DNA of 64,000 bases from Saprospiraceae bacterium (GTDB lineage: Bacteria; Bacteroidota; Bacteroidia; Chitinophagales; Saprospiraceae): positions 16,094-80,093 of the forward strand of contig JBLIDB010000001.1 in the NCBI GenBank assembly GCA_047634015.1, written 5' to 3'. The notes under the pieces were generated by a model. The model ran no database searches. It was not told the origin of the DNA and worked only from the letters and a program-made list of their open reading frames with translations. The translations under genes and the position numbers were made by a program. Every line of letters starts with the position of its first letter. The stretch's first letter is position 1. This document shows, piece after piece, positions 9,855-18,718 of the stretch.

Positions 9855-11729
9855 ATGGAGTATTTAAAGATTGAAGAGGTATCTAAGAGCTATGGAGAAA
9901 AGTTGTTACTTGATAAGATTAACCTCACGATCAACAAGGGAGATAAGATTGCCCTTATAGCTAAAAATGGAAGTGGCAAGTCTACATTACTTAGAATTAT
10001 AGCAGGGCTTGAATCTGCCGAAGGAGAACAGGCTAATGTCTTGCTTAGTAAACAAGTCAGAGTAGGATTCTTAGATCAAGAACCAGACATAAAAAGTGGA
10101 GCTACAGTTGAGGAAATCTTCCTTAATATAGATATGCCGGCTATAAAGGCGCTGAAATCCTATAAAGCCGCCCTCAATCATCCAGAAAATAAAGGTCTGG
10201 AAGAAGCCGTTTCTGAAATGGAAGATCTTAAGGCTTGGGACATCGAAGCAAAAGGCCATGAAATTCTATTCAGACTAAATTTGACGGATCTAGGGCAGAT
10301 TGCAGATGTCCTTAGTGGAGGTCAGCAGAAGCGGCTCGCTTTGGCAAGAATAATTTTGAGTGAACCAGACTTTCTAATATTAGATGAGCCTACAAATCAT
10401 CTGGATATTGAGATGATAGAGTGGCTGGAAACTTACTTGGGAAATTCTGGTATGACATTATTCATGGTTACACATGATAGATACTTTCTGGAGCGAGTTT
10501 GTAATGAAATAATAGAGCTTGATAAAGGCAATTTATTCATATATAGAGGAAACTATTCCGATTACCTAGAAAAGAAAGGACTTCGAAATCAACAAGAGGA
10601 AGTCGTTCATCATAAGGCCAAGCGATTATTATCCAAGGAGCTCGAGTGGATGCGTCGCCAACCAAAGGCAAGGGGAACCAAGGCTAAGTCAAGAATAGAT
10701 GAATATGAGAAGTTAGATGAAAAGGTAAGTAGTATCACCTTTGACGAGGCCTTTACTATCGAATTGGATTCTACTCGTTTGGGAAAGAAGATATTGGAAT
10801 TTTACGATGTGAGTAAGGGATATGATGGGCGCACGCTGATTAAGGAATTTTGGTATAAATTTAAAAAGGGGGAACGTGTAGGAATAAGTGGCCCCAATGG
10901 GAGTGGAAAGACCACTTTAGTAAAACTCATCACGGGACTTATTAGACCGGATTTAGGTAAAAGAGTCGAGGGAGATACAGTCCAGTTTGGTTACTATACT
11001 CAGGATGGTCTTCAAATGGATGAGGACAAAAGGGTAATTGATGTCATTAGGGATATAGCAGATTATATACCTCTCAAGAAAGGACTTAAATTAAGTGCAG
11101 CTGCACTTTTAGAGCGTTTCATGTTTACCAGGGAGCATCAGCAGGTTTACGTTTCGCAATTGAGTGGAGGAGAAAAGAAGAGGCTACATTTATTAACTAT
11201 ACTCATTAAGAATCCTAACTTCTTGATTCTTGATGAGCCCACAAATGACTTAGACATTCTGACATTAAATGTCTTAGAGAGTTACTTACTCCAATTTCCT
11301 GGCTGCTTGGTTATAATAAGCCATGATCGCTTCTTTATGGATAAGCTAGTAGATCATATGTTTATTTTCACTGGAGAAGATGGACGAATTCAGGACTTCA
11401 ATGGTACATATAGTGAATGGAAAGTAAGTTCGAAAGCGACGCGAAATAAAAAGAAATCGAAAGATATTAAAGGAGTTGTTGAAGTTCCTGAGGTTATAGA
11501 ATCTGAAGAGTCACGCAAACTTTCATATAATGAGAAGCAAGAGTTAAAGCGTTTAGAAAGAGATATTAAAAAACTTGAATCCCGCAAATCAAAAATAGAA
11601 TCTATGTTCAGTTCAGGTCTTACTGACTCAGATGAAATTACTACTCTGTCAAAAGAACTTGGAGAGATAAAATCTACTATCGATAACCACGAAACTCGAT
11701 GGCTCGAACTTTCAGAATTTGACCAATAA
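9855..11729 (+). CDS. ABC-F family ATPase (Uup/YheS-like, two NBDs, no TM domain)
   Basis: Two Walker A motifs (KNGSGKST, PNGSGKTT), two signatures (LSGGQQKR, LSGGEKKR) and a charged coiled-coil C-tail. The track's TTG start at 9840 lies inside the terminator T run, so I prefer the ATG at 9855. Confidence 0.9.
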   Translation: MEYLKIEEVSKSYGEKLLLDKINLTINKGDKIALIAKNGSGKSTLLRIIAGLESAEGEQANVLLSKQVRVGFLDQEPDIKSGATVEEIFLNIDMPAIKALKSYKAALNHPENKGLEEAVSEMEDLKAWDIEAKGHEILFRLNLTDLGQIADVLSGGQQKRLALARIILSEPDFLILDEPTNHLDIEMIEWLETYLGNSGMTLFMVTHDRYFLERVCNEIIELDKGNLFIYRGNYSDYLEKKGLRNQQEEVVHHKAKRLLSKELEWMRRQPKARGTKAKSRIDEYEKLDEKVSSITFDEAFTIELDSTRLGKKILEFYDVSKGYDGRTLIKEFWYKFKKGERVGISGPNGSGKTTLVKLITGLIRPDLGKRVEGDTVQFGYYTQDGLQMDEDKRVIDVIRDIADYIPLKKGLKLSAAALLERFMFTREHQQVYVSQLSGGEKKRLHLLTILIKNPNFLILDEPTNDLDILTLNVLESYLLQFPGCLVIISHDRFFMDKLVDHMFIFTGEDGRIQDFNGTYSEWKVSSKATRNKKKSKDIKGVVEVPEVIESEESRKLSYNEKQELKRLERDIKKLESRKSKIESMFSSGLTDSDEITTLSKELGEIKSTIDNHETRWLELSEFDQ

Positions 11730-11745
11730 AGATCCTCTGATAAAC

Positions 11746-12237
11746 CTATAACGCTTTAAGTTTCTGTTCTATCATTTTCTCATAACTTGGAGAATATCCC
11801 ATCTGTACAGAAACAATATTTCCTTGTCCATCTAGTAACATGGAATATGGTATTCCACTGAGATTTAATTTATTCATTAGCTCTTGGTCCTTATCATGTA
11901 GAAAGGTGTAATCCCATCCATTAGATTCAAACATTTTTTTGGCTCTTCCGATCATCTGAGGGACATCAACGGAGATGGTAAGAATTTCAAGATCATACTT
12001 TTCTTTCCATCCAGGATAGGGTCCTTTTAATGAATTGAGTTCCATCCGACAAGGGCCGCACCAAGTAGCCCAAAGACTTATAAGCTTTGGTTTTCCATTT
12101 TTTAGATGTGATTTCAACTCAAAGGAATTCCCATCCTTGTCTACAACAGCCGCATCGGGAAAGATTTTCTGCCCATTGATCAATGAAGAGGAAATAAATA
12201 AAAGAAATACGAGGAATGCGAATTTGTTTGTTTTCAT
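11746..12237 (-). CDS. Secreted TlpA/ResA-like thiol:disulfide oxidoreductase (thioredoxin fold)
   Basis: Signal peptide and WATWCGPC active site. 163 aa. Confidence 0.85.
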   Translation of the reverse strand: MKTNKFAFLVFLLFISSSLINGQKIFPDAAVVDKDGNSFELKSHLKNGKPKLISLWATWCGPCRMELNSLKGPYPGWKEKYDLEILTISVDVPQMIGRAKKMFESNGWDYTFLHDKDQELMNKLNLSGIPYSMLLDGQGNIVSVQMGYSPSYEKMIEQKLKAL

Positions 12238-12526
12238 GGGTGTCGACTTATGAATGAACGTTAATCAATTAGGTATTTGTCTATAATTCTCCCTTATGAC
12301 TAAGAATAGAACGCCAAGAGATACTTCAAATTTTCTTTTCACTATAAATTAACCCTTTTAATTCCAGTAATCAGGGGTTTGTCATAGTCCTCTCTATAGA
12401 TAAAATTAAGGCTTCAACTATTTGGTTGCCAGATGTGTATATGAATATTTATCTAAAATATAGCCCTTCTTTTCGTGCTAATTTGGATGAATTATTGCCA
12501 TAAATCTTACTGGAGATTTCTAAAGG

Positions 12527-12635
12527 ATGAAAGTGGATATATACCAAAGTCGGTGACCAAACGCTCAAGTTAACCAACTTGGATAAGGTGTTATATCCTA
12601 ATGCTGCCTACACTAAGTCTGAGATAATCCAATAA
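12527..12635 (+). pseudogene. Remnant of the N-terminus of a LigD polymerase/primase-domain (NHEJ) gene
   Basis: MKVDIY then a frameshift in a TATATA run, then KVGDQTLKLTNLDKVLYPNAAYTKSEIIQ*. This matches the start of the M. tuberculosis LigD Pol domain as I recall it (VTLTNADKVLYPATGTTKSDIFDYY). Only about 35 codons survive. Confidence 0.6.
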
Positions 12636-12952
12636 CATCTCAAAATGGCAGATAATAATTGGAGATTATAGTACTGGACACAATGGCATTGATGAAAAAG
12701 GGGATTCATTTTGGTATACTAATCAATTAGAGGAGCTGGAATCTTTAGGTATGAAAGATGCTTTTAGATATTTAGATGGCCAAGTTGAGGAATATTCATG
12801 GTTTAGTCTGTCATCAAGGAAATGGATATGATCACACTTATATATGTGATGTTCTCAAACCATTCATCAGCAAATGCGAGTATCTTCATTCTTATAGAGA
12901 GGCCGGGATTTCAGATCACTCGCCGATGTTACCTGTCCTGGGTAGTCTTTGA
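12628..12952 (+). pseudogene. C-terminal remnant of an endonuclease/exonuclease/phosphatase (EEP, ExoIII-like) gene, frameshifted
   Basis: IIIGDYSTGH (GDFN-like) ...GMKDAFRYLDGQVEEYSWFS...RKWI*. After a +1 shift at about 12824 it reads GYDHTYICD...GISDHSPMLPVL (RIDYI...SDHxPV-like). There is no start codon and the N-terminal half is missing. Confidence 0.6.
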
Positions 12953-12978
12953 CTCAATTCATTATCAATAAACTGGAT

Positions 12979-13677
12979 CTAACTAAAGGGTGATAACAAT
13001 CGGGATATCATCTCAATTCCAGATCTTAGATTTTGACCTTTTGCGGTTGTCTCAGCCGTATATCTTACATCAACAGGAATTTCACTTATTTTAGAATGTG
13101 TAATTTTCGCATGTTTTATAATTTCCATACAAAATTCGAAACCATCATAATTTAAGTTCAAGTCTTGAGCAAGAGAACCACTAATGGCCTTGAGACCTGA
13201 TTGGCTATCTGTGAGATACTTTCCAGTAAGGAGAAAGCTTACAATATTAGCAATACCATTGTAGATACGGCGAGAGGTAGGAATAGAATTTGAACTTATA
13301 AATCGACTACCGATTACAAGGTCAGCATTTATTTCTTCCATGTGCTTAATAAGCCTAGGAATATCTTCAGGATTATGTTGGAGGTCGGCATCTATGGTTA
13401 CTATGATTTGAGCATTTTTAGATGCTGCGAATGCAATACCGGTTTGGGTAGCTGCTCCTGCTCCAAGATTAATAACATGATCCAGGACGTAGGCTTCTTG
13501 GAATTGTTCGGCAATGTCTCTTGTCTTGTCTGTGCTTTGATCATTGACGACAACAACCTGATATAGTCCAAGTGTCAATATTTGGGTGATAAGATCATTT
13601 AGATAGTTGTCTTCATTCTTAGCAGGAATGACAATGTAGATGTCTTTTAGTGAGGTCTTGAATTCTATGTTTTTCAT
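12979..13677 (-). CDS. Soluble family 2 glycosyltransferase, DPM1/polyprenol-phosphate-sugar synthase-like
   Basis: IVIPAKNE, VVVNDQSTDKT and TIDADLQH (DxD) motifs. It is 232 aa with no TM segment and is the last gene of a three-gene operon. Confidence 0.75.
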   Translation of the reverse strand: MKNIEFKTSLKDIYIVIPAKNEDNYLNDLITQILTLGLYQVVVVNDQSTDKTRDIAEQFQEAYVLDHVINLGAGAATQTGIAFAASKNAQIIVTIDADLQHNPEDIPRLIKHMEEINADLVIGSRFISSNSIPTSRRIYNGIANIVSFLLTGKYLTDSQSGLKAISGSLAQDLNLNYDGFEFCMEIIKHAKITHSKISEIPVDVRYTAETTAKGQNLRSGIEMISRLLSPFS

Positions 13678-15087
13678 CTATAGAATTTCATAAATTGCAT
13701 AGCTACCAAAAGTCAAAATATTTTCGCCAAATACTTCCGATACTTTAGATTTGGTTCCATCATTTTGTTTTATTTCAATTACTCGATCTGTGGCAAGTAA
13801 TTGGACGCTTGGGTTTTTATAAATGGTATTTAGCAGTAATTGATACTTTTTCGTTAGAGATTTTTCAGGAGTCTTATCCAATGTATGGGTATAGAGATCA
13901 ATTAAGATATATTTGAAATTTGAAGCCTTAAGAGCCGCAATAATCTTCTCTTTTTCTTTCAAGGCATCTACAAGCCAAAAGAATTGGGGAAGTGTATTGT
14001 CTTGAAAAAGGCGCTCAGTGTTATTCTTTATATCAAAGGCAAAGAAGGTACCTATTTGATATATTAAAGCATTATTAGAATTTATCTTTTCAAGTGCATC
14101 ATTGATATTGCCATAAGACTTGCTTCGTGCTTCTTTAGCACTTATAAGAGATGTGGAATATTGGAAAGTATTATTATCCAAAATACCCTTACCTATGTTA
14201 GCAGTATTCTCTCCTGTTTGCATAGTATTGATATTGGAAATTCGTCCTACCCAACACATAGTTATCCATATTAATAAAAACAAAATAATTATGTTCTTAA
14301 TGGAACCAAAAGAAGGGTAGGCGTTGAATTTATCGTTACTACAAAAGTGTAGAATGCTAGTGAGACCTAAAGGGATTATTAAAAATCCGTACCAGATAAT
14401 TCCTGAACTAAGTGCCAACCATAGAAATGAAAATGGGATAAATACAGCAGCAACAAACTGACCCTTTTCTGAAAGCTTGATTCTATGAACGAGTAGCCAT
14501 AAACTACCTATGAATAGAAGGATTAGTATGGGATAAGTAAAATGATCTCGATTTCCAGAAATTTGGTTCCCGATTACATGTATAGGACGCGAAGCGTAAT
14601 ATGATATATTAAAAATTCCTGTGGTGATACTCTCAATTACACTCTTATCGGAATTAGCAATAAAGCTTTGCCACTTTGTGCCATGATTATTAACTTGACC
14701 ATGGAACTGTGTATATTGGAATGAATAACTAAGACAAAGACTTAAGAAGAGAAAAAACACAACGAGCGATGTGTAAAATAGCTTTCGATGCTTATAAACA
14801 AGACCAAGAAACACTAATGGCAATAGCATGAACAAGGCAAAGCCCAAATCTACATAACGTCCTTGTTGATTTGTATTAGAACTAATATCATAAGGCAGCG
14901 TAAGATATCTGAATAGTAAATCTTCATATCCGAAATAGCGTTGAATTTCATCTCTCTTATCATCACTTATGATCTTGTCCAATTCGATGACAAGCGGATC
15001 TTGCTTAGAATCTTCTTGACTATTAAGCGGGGAGATAGAACTAAATAGAACAACAATTAGTAGAATTAACCTTAACTCTAATCTCAT
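13678..15087 (-). CDS. Polytopic membrane protein with a C-terminal extracytoplasmic domain, function unknown
   Basis: Signal peptide, about 8 TM helices, then about 190 soluble residues. An ATGA overlap with the upstream gene suggests translational coupling, and there is a 0-nt gap to the GT2 gene. Confidence 0.55.
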   Translation of the reverse strand: MRLELRLILLIVVLFSSISPLNSQEDSKQDPLVIELDKIISDDKRDEIQRYFGYEDLLFRYLTLPYDISSNTNQQGRYVDLGFALFMLLPLVFLGLVYKHRKLFYTSLVVFFLFLSLCLSYSFQYTQFHGQVNNHGTKWQSFIANSDKSVIESITTGIFNISYYASRPIHVIGNQISGNRDHFTYPILILLFIGSLWLLVHRIKLSEKGQFVAAVFIPFSFLWLALSSGIIWYGFLIIPLGLTSILHFCSNDKFNAYPSFGSIKNIIILFLLIWITMCWVGRISNINTMQTGENTANIGKGILDNNTFQYSTSLISAKEARSKSYGNINDALEKINSNNALIYQIGTFFAFDIKNNTERLFQDNTLPQFFWLVDALKEKEKIIAALKASNFKYILIDLYTHTLDKTPEKSLTKKYQLLLNTIYKNPSVQLLATDRVIEIKQNDGTKSKVSEVFGENILTFGSYAIYEIL

Positions 15088-16727
15088 TGCTCATTCTTCT
15101 TTTGAGATTCTCTATAATTTGAGATTATAGTAGAAGCGTTGATCTTGGGAGAAGGCTTTTCACCTATCACAAGCTTCATAATAGAAAGGCTTTTTGTATA
15201 GGTATAATTTTTATACATCCAAGGAGAGAATGTAAGGGCCATAACCGCACCGCATAATATAAGTGGCTTAATACTAGCAATAAATTTCTCTTTGGATTGT
15301 ACAAAAATATATAAAAGGCCAGAAAGACCTAATGCAATACAAATACCGCCTGTAACATTGGGGCTTAAATGATATTCTCTTAATCCACTTAGATCGTCTA
15401 AGCGGGCTAAAAGGACAAGACCAAAACCTAAAGATGCTACCGAAAGCATTCCGATAATATCTTTATGGAAATTCCAGAGAGCAAGAAAAAGTGCATAAAC
15501 AAGAAATACACTTAGTACTTTAATTGAAAGTCCATACCCTAACAGAATTCCTATAATCACCACCAACTTAGTATCAAATGGCGTTTCTAATAAAGTGCTT
15601 TGAGAATTATTCTTTTTGTATTCAAATAACCACCACATGACCAAATTTAATGTAACCATTTGGAAAAATAATAGCGCGAGGTCTACTTTGAATTCTATCA
15701 TCCAATGATTTGTAACAGTAGGAGACACCATGAATAACATCACTACTAAGAGAGACATATTGGAAGAAACCTTTAGATGATGATGAGCAAACTCATATAT
15801 TGCGAAGAGACAAAGTATGCCTCCTAAGCTGGAGATAAACATTGTAACTTCTGGACTATCAAAAGCTATATATCCTGTAGACATTACAAGACTCCATGCA
15901 TATGGCGAAAAGCCACTTATCAATGCCCCCGCGTCTGAGATAAGATTGGCAATATTTACATAGTAGTTCCGAGCATCAAACCCCAAAGGAAATGGTGCTT
16001 GCGTGTAGAGATAATTCATCGTCAGATAAACGAGGATAAAAAATGCCAAAAATCCTCCCCAAAAATTGAAACCTTTAGGTTTGGTAATCGGTGACCATAG
16101 AACTCTTTTTACAAAACCAAGAGCTTCTTCATAGTTCAATAGAATGAAAAGTGCCATGATGCCGAGTAAGAGTACCTGGTTCAGTAGCGCAAAAGCTCCC
16201 AAAGCCATCATTATGAATGTATATGCTATAAAGCCAATAGCAATATCCAACAAGGCAAAAGTGAGGCTGGTTTCAGGTGATTCTATTAGTCTCTTTCTCA
16301 AAAACCTTCCAATGCTATAACAAGCCGTAATCAAGAAGAAAGCACTTCCAAGGGTAAAAAGAGCCATGCCCGCTAAATGGAGAAAGTGAGAAAAATCAAG
16401 CGGAGCCTTCCAATAATGATTAAAAGAAAGTGTTATCGCCCATATAATCCCAATCACAAGAAGCAGGACCATTATTCCGTTAACAATGTTAAATTTTAAT
16501 CGATTTAAGAAAAACAATCGATTGTAATACAAAGAGAGGAGGGATCCAATAACTGTAAAAAAGCCAAATAGCTTGAAATATCTGAAATAGCGAAACGAAG
16601 GGCCATATACAACTTGCTTGTTAATGTAATCGATGAATATAATACCCACCCAAAACAAAGCGAATATTAAAAATATCCAATCTTGTAGAGTAAACTTAGA
16701 AATGTATCCGCGTAGACGATCAATCAT
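15084..16727 (-). CDS. Large polytopic membrane protein, possible GT-C-fold glycosyltransferase
   Basis: About 13 predicted TM helices, with an early loop motif PFPLGFDARNYY (an acidic/aromatic loop as in GT-C enzymes). The track's TTG start at 16745 overlaps the -7 box, so I prefer the ATG at 16727. Confidence 0.5.
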   Translation of the reverse strand: MIDRLRGYISKFTLQDWIFLIFALFWVGIIFIDYINKQVVYGPSFRYFRYFKLFGFFTVIGSLLSLYYNRLFFLNRLKFNIVNGIMVLLLVIGIIWAITLSFNHYWKAPLDFSHFLHLAGMALFTLGSAFFLITACYSIGRFLRKRLIESPETSLTFALLDIAIGFIAYTFIMMALGAFALLNQVLLLGIMALFILLNYEEALGFVKRVLWSPITKPKGFNFWGGFLAFFILVYLTMNYLYTQAPFPLGFDARNYYVNIANLISDAGALISGFSPYAWSLVMSTGYIAFDSPEVTMFISSLGGILCLFAIYEFAHHHLKVSSNMSLLVVMLFMVSPTVTNHWMIEFKVDLALLFFQMVTLNLVMWWLFEYKKNNSQSTLLETPFDTKLVVIIGILLGYGLSIKVLSVFLVYALFLALWNFHKDIIGMLSVASLGFGLVLLARLDDLSGLREYHLSPNVTGGICIALGLSGLLYIFVQSKEKFIASIKPLILCGAVMALTFSPWMYKNYTYTKSLSIMKLVIGEKPSPKINASTIISNYRESQKKNEQ

Positions 16728-16742
16728 AATAAAATAGTAGAC

Positions 16743-16750
16743 CAAAGGTA
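16743..16750 (-). promoter_or_regulatory. Bacteroidota -7 promoter box (TACCTTTG on the minus strand) for the membrane-protein/GT2 operon
   Basis: Matches TAnnTTTG. It lies 15 nt upstream of the ATG at 16727. Confidence 0.5.
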
Positions 16751-16791
16751 TAACTTTTATCTGCTTTTAAGGATTGCTATTAACCTTGAAA

Positions 16792-16809
16792 TTAATCTTA
16801 AGAGATTAA
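16792..16809. promoter_or_regulatory. Inverted repeat TTAATCT-N4-AGATTAA in the divergent MarR / membrane-operon intergenic region
   Basis: 7-bp perfect arms. It lies between divergently transcribed units, which is the usual place for a MarR operator. Confidence 0.3.
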
Positions 16810-16871
16810 AGTTCAATGGATTAAATATTGTTTAATTTGTCAACTATTATCAAGATAATTGAATTGCTTTT

Positions 16872-17321
16872 GTGGGATTAGAGAAAGAGATAAAACAGAA
16901 AACACCATTCTCAAATGAAGGCAATAGAGCTTTGGTAAATATTCTATATTCTTCAGGTTGGCTAACGGAGAGGTTGAAATCTCACTTTAAGCCCTATGGA
17001 ATTACTCCGAAGCAATATAATATTCTTCGAATCTTAAATGGTGCTATGGATCCAATGTCCACTTCTCAGATCAGAGCGCGTATGCTTGATAAAATGTCAG
17101 ATGTTACGCGATTAATTGATAGGATGGTTTTAAAGCAATGGATCACAAAAAACGCAAGTAATGTAGATAGAAGGTTGATAGATGTTCGGATAACCTTAAA
17201 AGGGGAAAAGCTTTTAAAGGATATCGATCAGGTTAATCCACCGCTTGACAATATCATATCAAATCTTAATGAGATTGAATGCGCTCAACTTAACATTCTA
17301 TTAGATAAGTTGAGAGGTTGA
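16872..17321 (+). CDS. MarR-family transcriptional regulator
   Basis: 149 aa with a winged-helix core ITPKQYNILRIL...MSTSQIRARMLDKMSDVTRLIDRMVLKQWI...DRR. GTG start. Confidence 0.85.
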   Translation: MGLEKEIKQKTPFSNEGNRALVNILYSSGWLTERLKSHFKPYGITPKQYNILRILNGAMDPMSTSQIRARMLDKMSDVTRLIDRMVLKQWITKNASNVDRRLIDVRITLKGEKLLKDIDQVNPPLDNIISNLNEIECAQLNILLDKLRG

Positions 17322-18596
17322 TTAGACTTGACGCTTCAGAGATCTATGCCGATTTTGTGAAGTCTTCCAGAGAAAAATCATATTTAACATCAATGACGCG
17401 CAAAGGTATAGGCCAATAAAAGGGGTAACTAAGTGAGATGTGCTGCTCAATCCAAACCAATCTCCATAGCTAACAATTATATAGGTTCCTAATCCAAATT
17501 TTACGAATTCTGCGATTAGTGAAACAAAATCATTATCCATTAAGCTCGAATAGGCGAATATTGAGATGAAGAGGAATAAAACATATAGTATGATACTATA
17601 TGTGGTTAGTTCACCTATATGCGTTAGTAAGTGATATGTCATAAGATTAGTGATGATCAACTGTGCCCAAGACCAGGCTTCTAATCCAGAAGGTATATCG
17701 GGGTTATATTTTTGTTGAGAAAACGGGTCTTCGATAATGGTGATAGGATATTTTCTCTTAACATCTTCTGGTCGCCAACCAGTAGGCATGAACCATATGC
17801 GAGCCTTGTCCCAGAGGTCCTCAGCTCTCCAAGCGTCCTTAATAAGCTGCCATAGATGTTGGTAGTTGATCAATATCGGATTCCAAGTATGCACTGGTTT
17901 CTTTACTCCATAAACAGGCGGAATTTCGGGAGATTCTTCTTGGAAAGTGCCAAAGAGTTTATCCCAAATAATAAAAATCGCAGCGTAATTTTTATCAATG
18001 TACTCTGGATTTATGGCATGGTGGACTCTATGATGTGATGGGGTAACTAAGATGTATTCCAAAAACCCCATTCGATTTATAAGCCTCGTGTGATACCAGA
18101 ACTGGGCAAACAAGTGAAGTGGCGCTATAATCGCAATCACCTTTCCAGGGATTCCTACTATAGCCATAGGAATATATAAGAAGAAGTATACACCTACCAC
18201 GGCAGAAATACTTTGACGCAGTGCGCAGGCAAGATTGAATTCTTCACTGGAATGATGAACAATATGACGATTCCACATAAGGTTGATCTCATGATTGAAT
18301 CTATGTGACCAATACGAAGCGAAATCAATAAGGACTAATGCTACTATAAATACTAAAAATGTAGAAGGAATTTTAAATAAAGCCAAATGAGACTCCATCC
18401 ATCCATAACTAATAATTACTATACCAAGTCCAACGACTTCCTTCAGGGTATTGGTAAGTCCGGAACTCAGGCTGGATATAGTATCCATAGATGTCACAAT
18501 CTTTTGAGACATATAAAGACTCATTAGATACTCGATAATTATTAGAATTACAAAACCTGGTATGGCGTATGACAATACAGTTGCATATGCTTCCAT
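17322..18596 (-). CDS. Fatty acid hydroxylase / sterol desaturase superfamily membrane protein with a long hydrophobic C-terminal extension
   Basis: His boxes HRFNH, HIVHH and HHRVHH. It is 424 aa, and about 190 residues with further TM helices follow the catalytic domain. Confidence 0.8.
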   Translation of the reverse strand: MEAYATVLSYAIPGFVILIIIEYLMSLYMSQKIVTSMDTISSLSSGLTNTLKEVVGLGIVIISYGWMESHLALFKIPSTFLVFIVALVLIDFASYWSHRFNHEINLMWNRHIVHHSSEEFNLACALRQSISAVVGVYFFLYIPMAIVGIPGKVIAIIAPLHLFAQFWYHTRLINRMGFLEYILVTPSHHRVHHAINPEYIDKNYAAIFIIWDKLFGTFQEESPEIPPVYGVKKPVHTWNPILINYQHLWQLIKDAWRAEDLWDKARIWFMPTGWRPEDVKRKYPITIIEDPFSQQKYNPDIPSGLEAWSWAQLIITNLMTYHLLTHIGELTTYSIILYVLFLFISIFAYSSLMDNDFVSLIAEFVKFGLGTYIIVSYGDWFGLSSTSHLVTPFIGLYLCASLMLNMIFLWKTSQNRHRSLKRQV

Positions 18597-18702
18597 GAGT
18601 ATTTATTTTTTGACTAAGTTACTATTTCCTACGAATGATGGTGCTGTCTTTGAGAATCGATTGAATTGACGCGTATTAAGTAGGCCTCATTATCAATATT
18701 TC

Positions 18703-18710
18703 TATCTTTG
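18703..18710 (+). promoter_or_regulatory. Bacteroidota -7 promoter box (TATCTTTG) for the PIP-synthase-like gene
   Basis: Matches TAnnTTTG. Only 8 nt separate it from the ATG at 18719, which implies a leaderless or near-leaderless mRNA. Confidence 0.5.
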
Positions 18711-18718
18711 CAATAATT

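Noticed and set aside
16792-16860. Second weak palindrome TTATCAAGATAA near the MarR start.
   Set aside because: It has only 5-bp arms in AT-rich DNA, which is expected by chance. The 7-bp-arm repeat at 16792-16809 is the better operator candidate.
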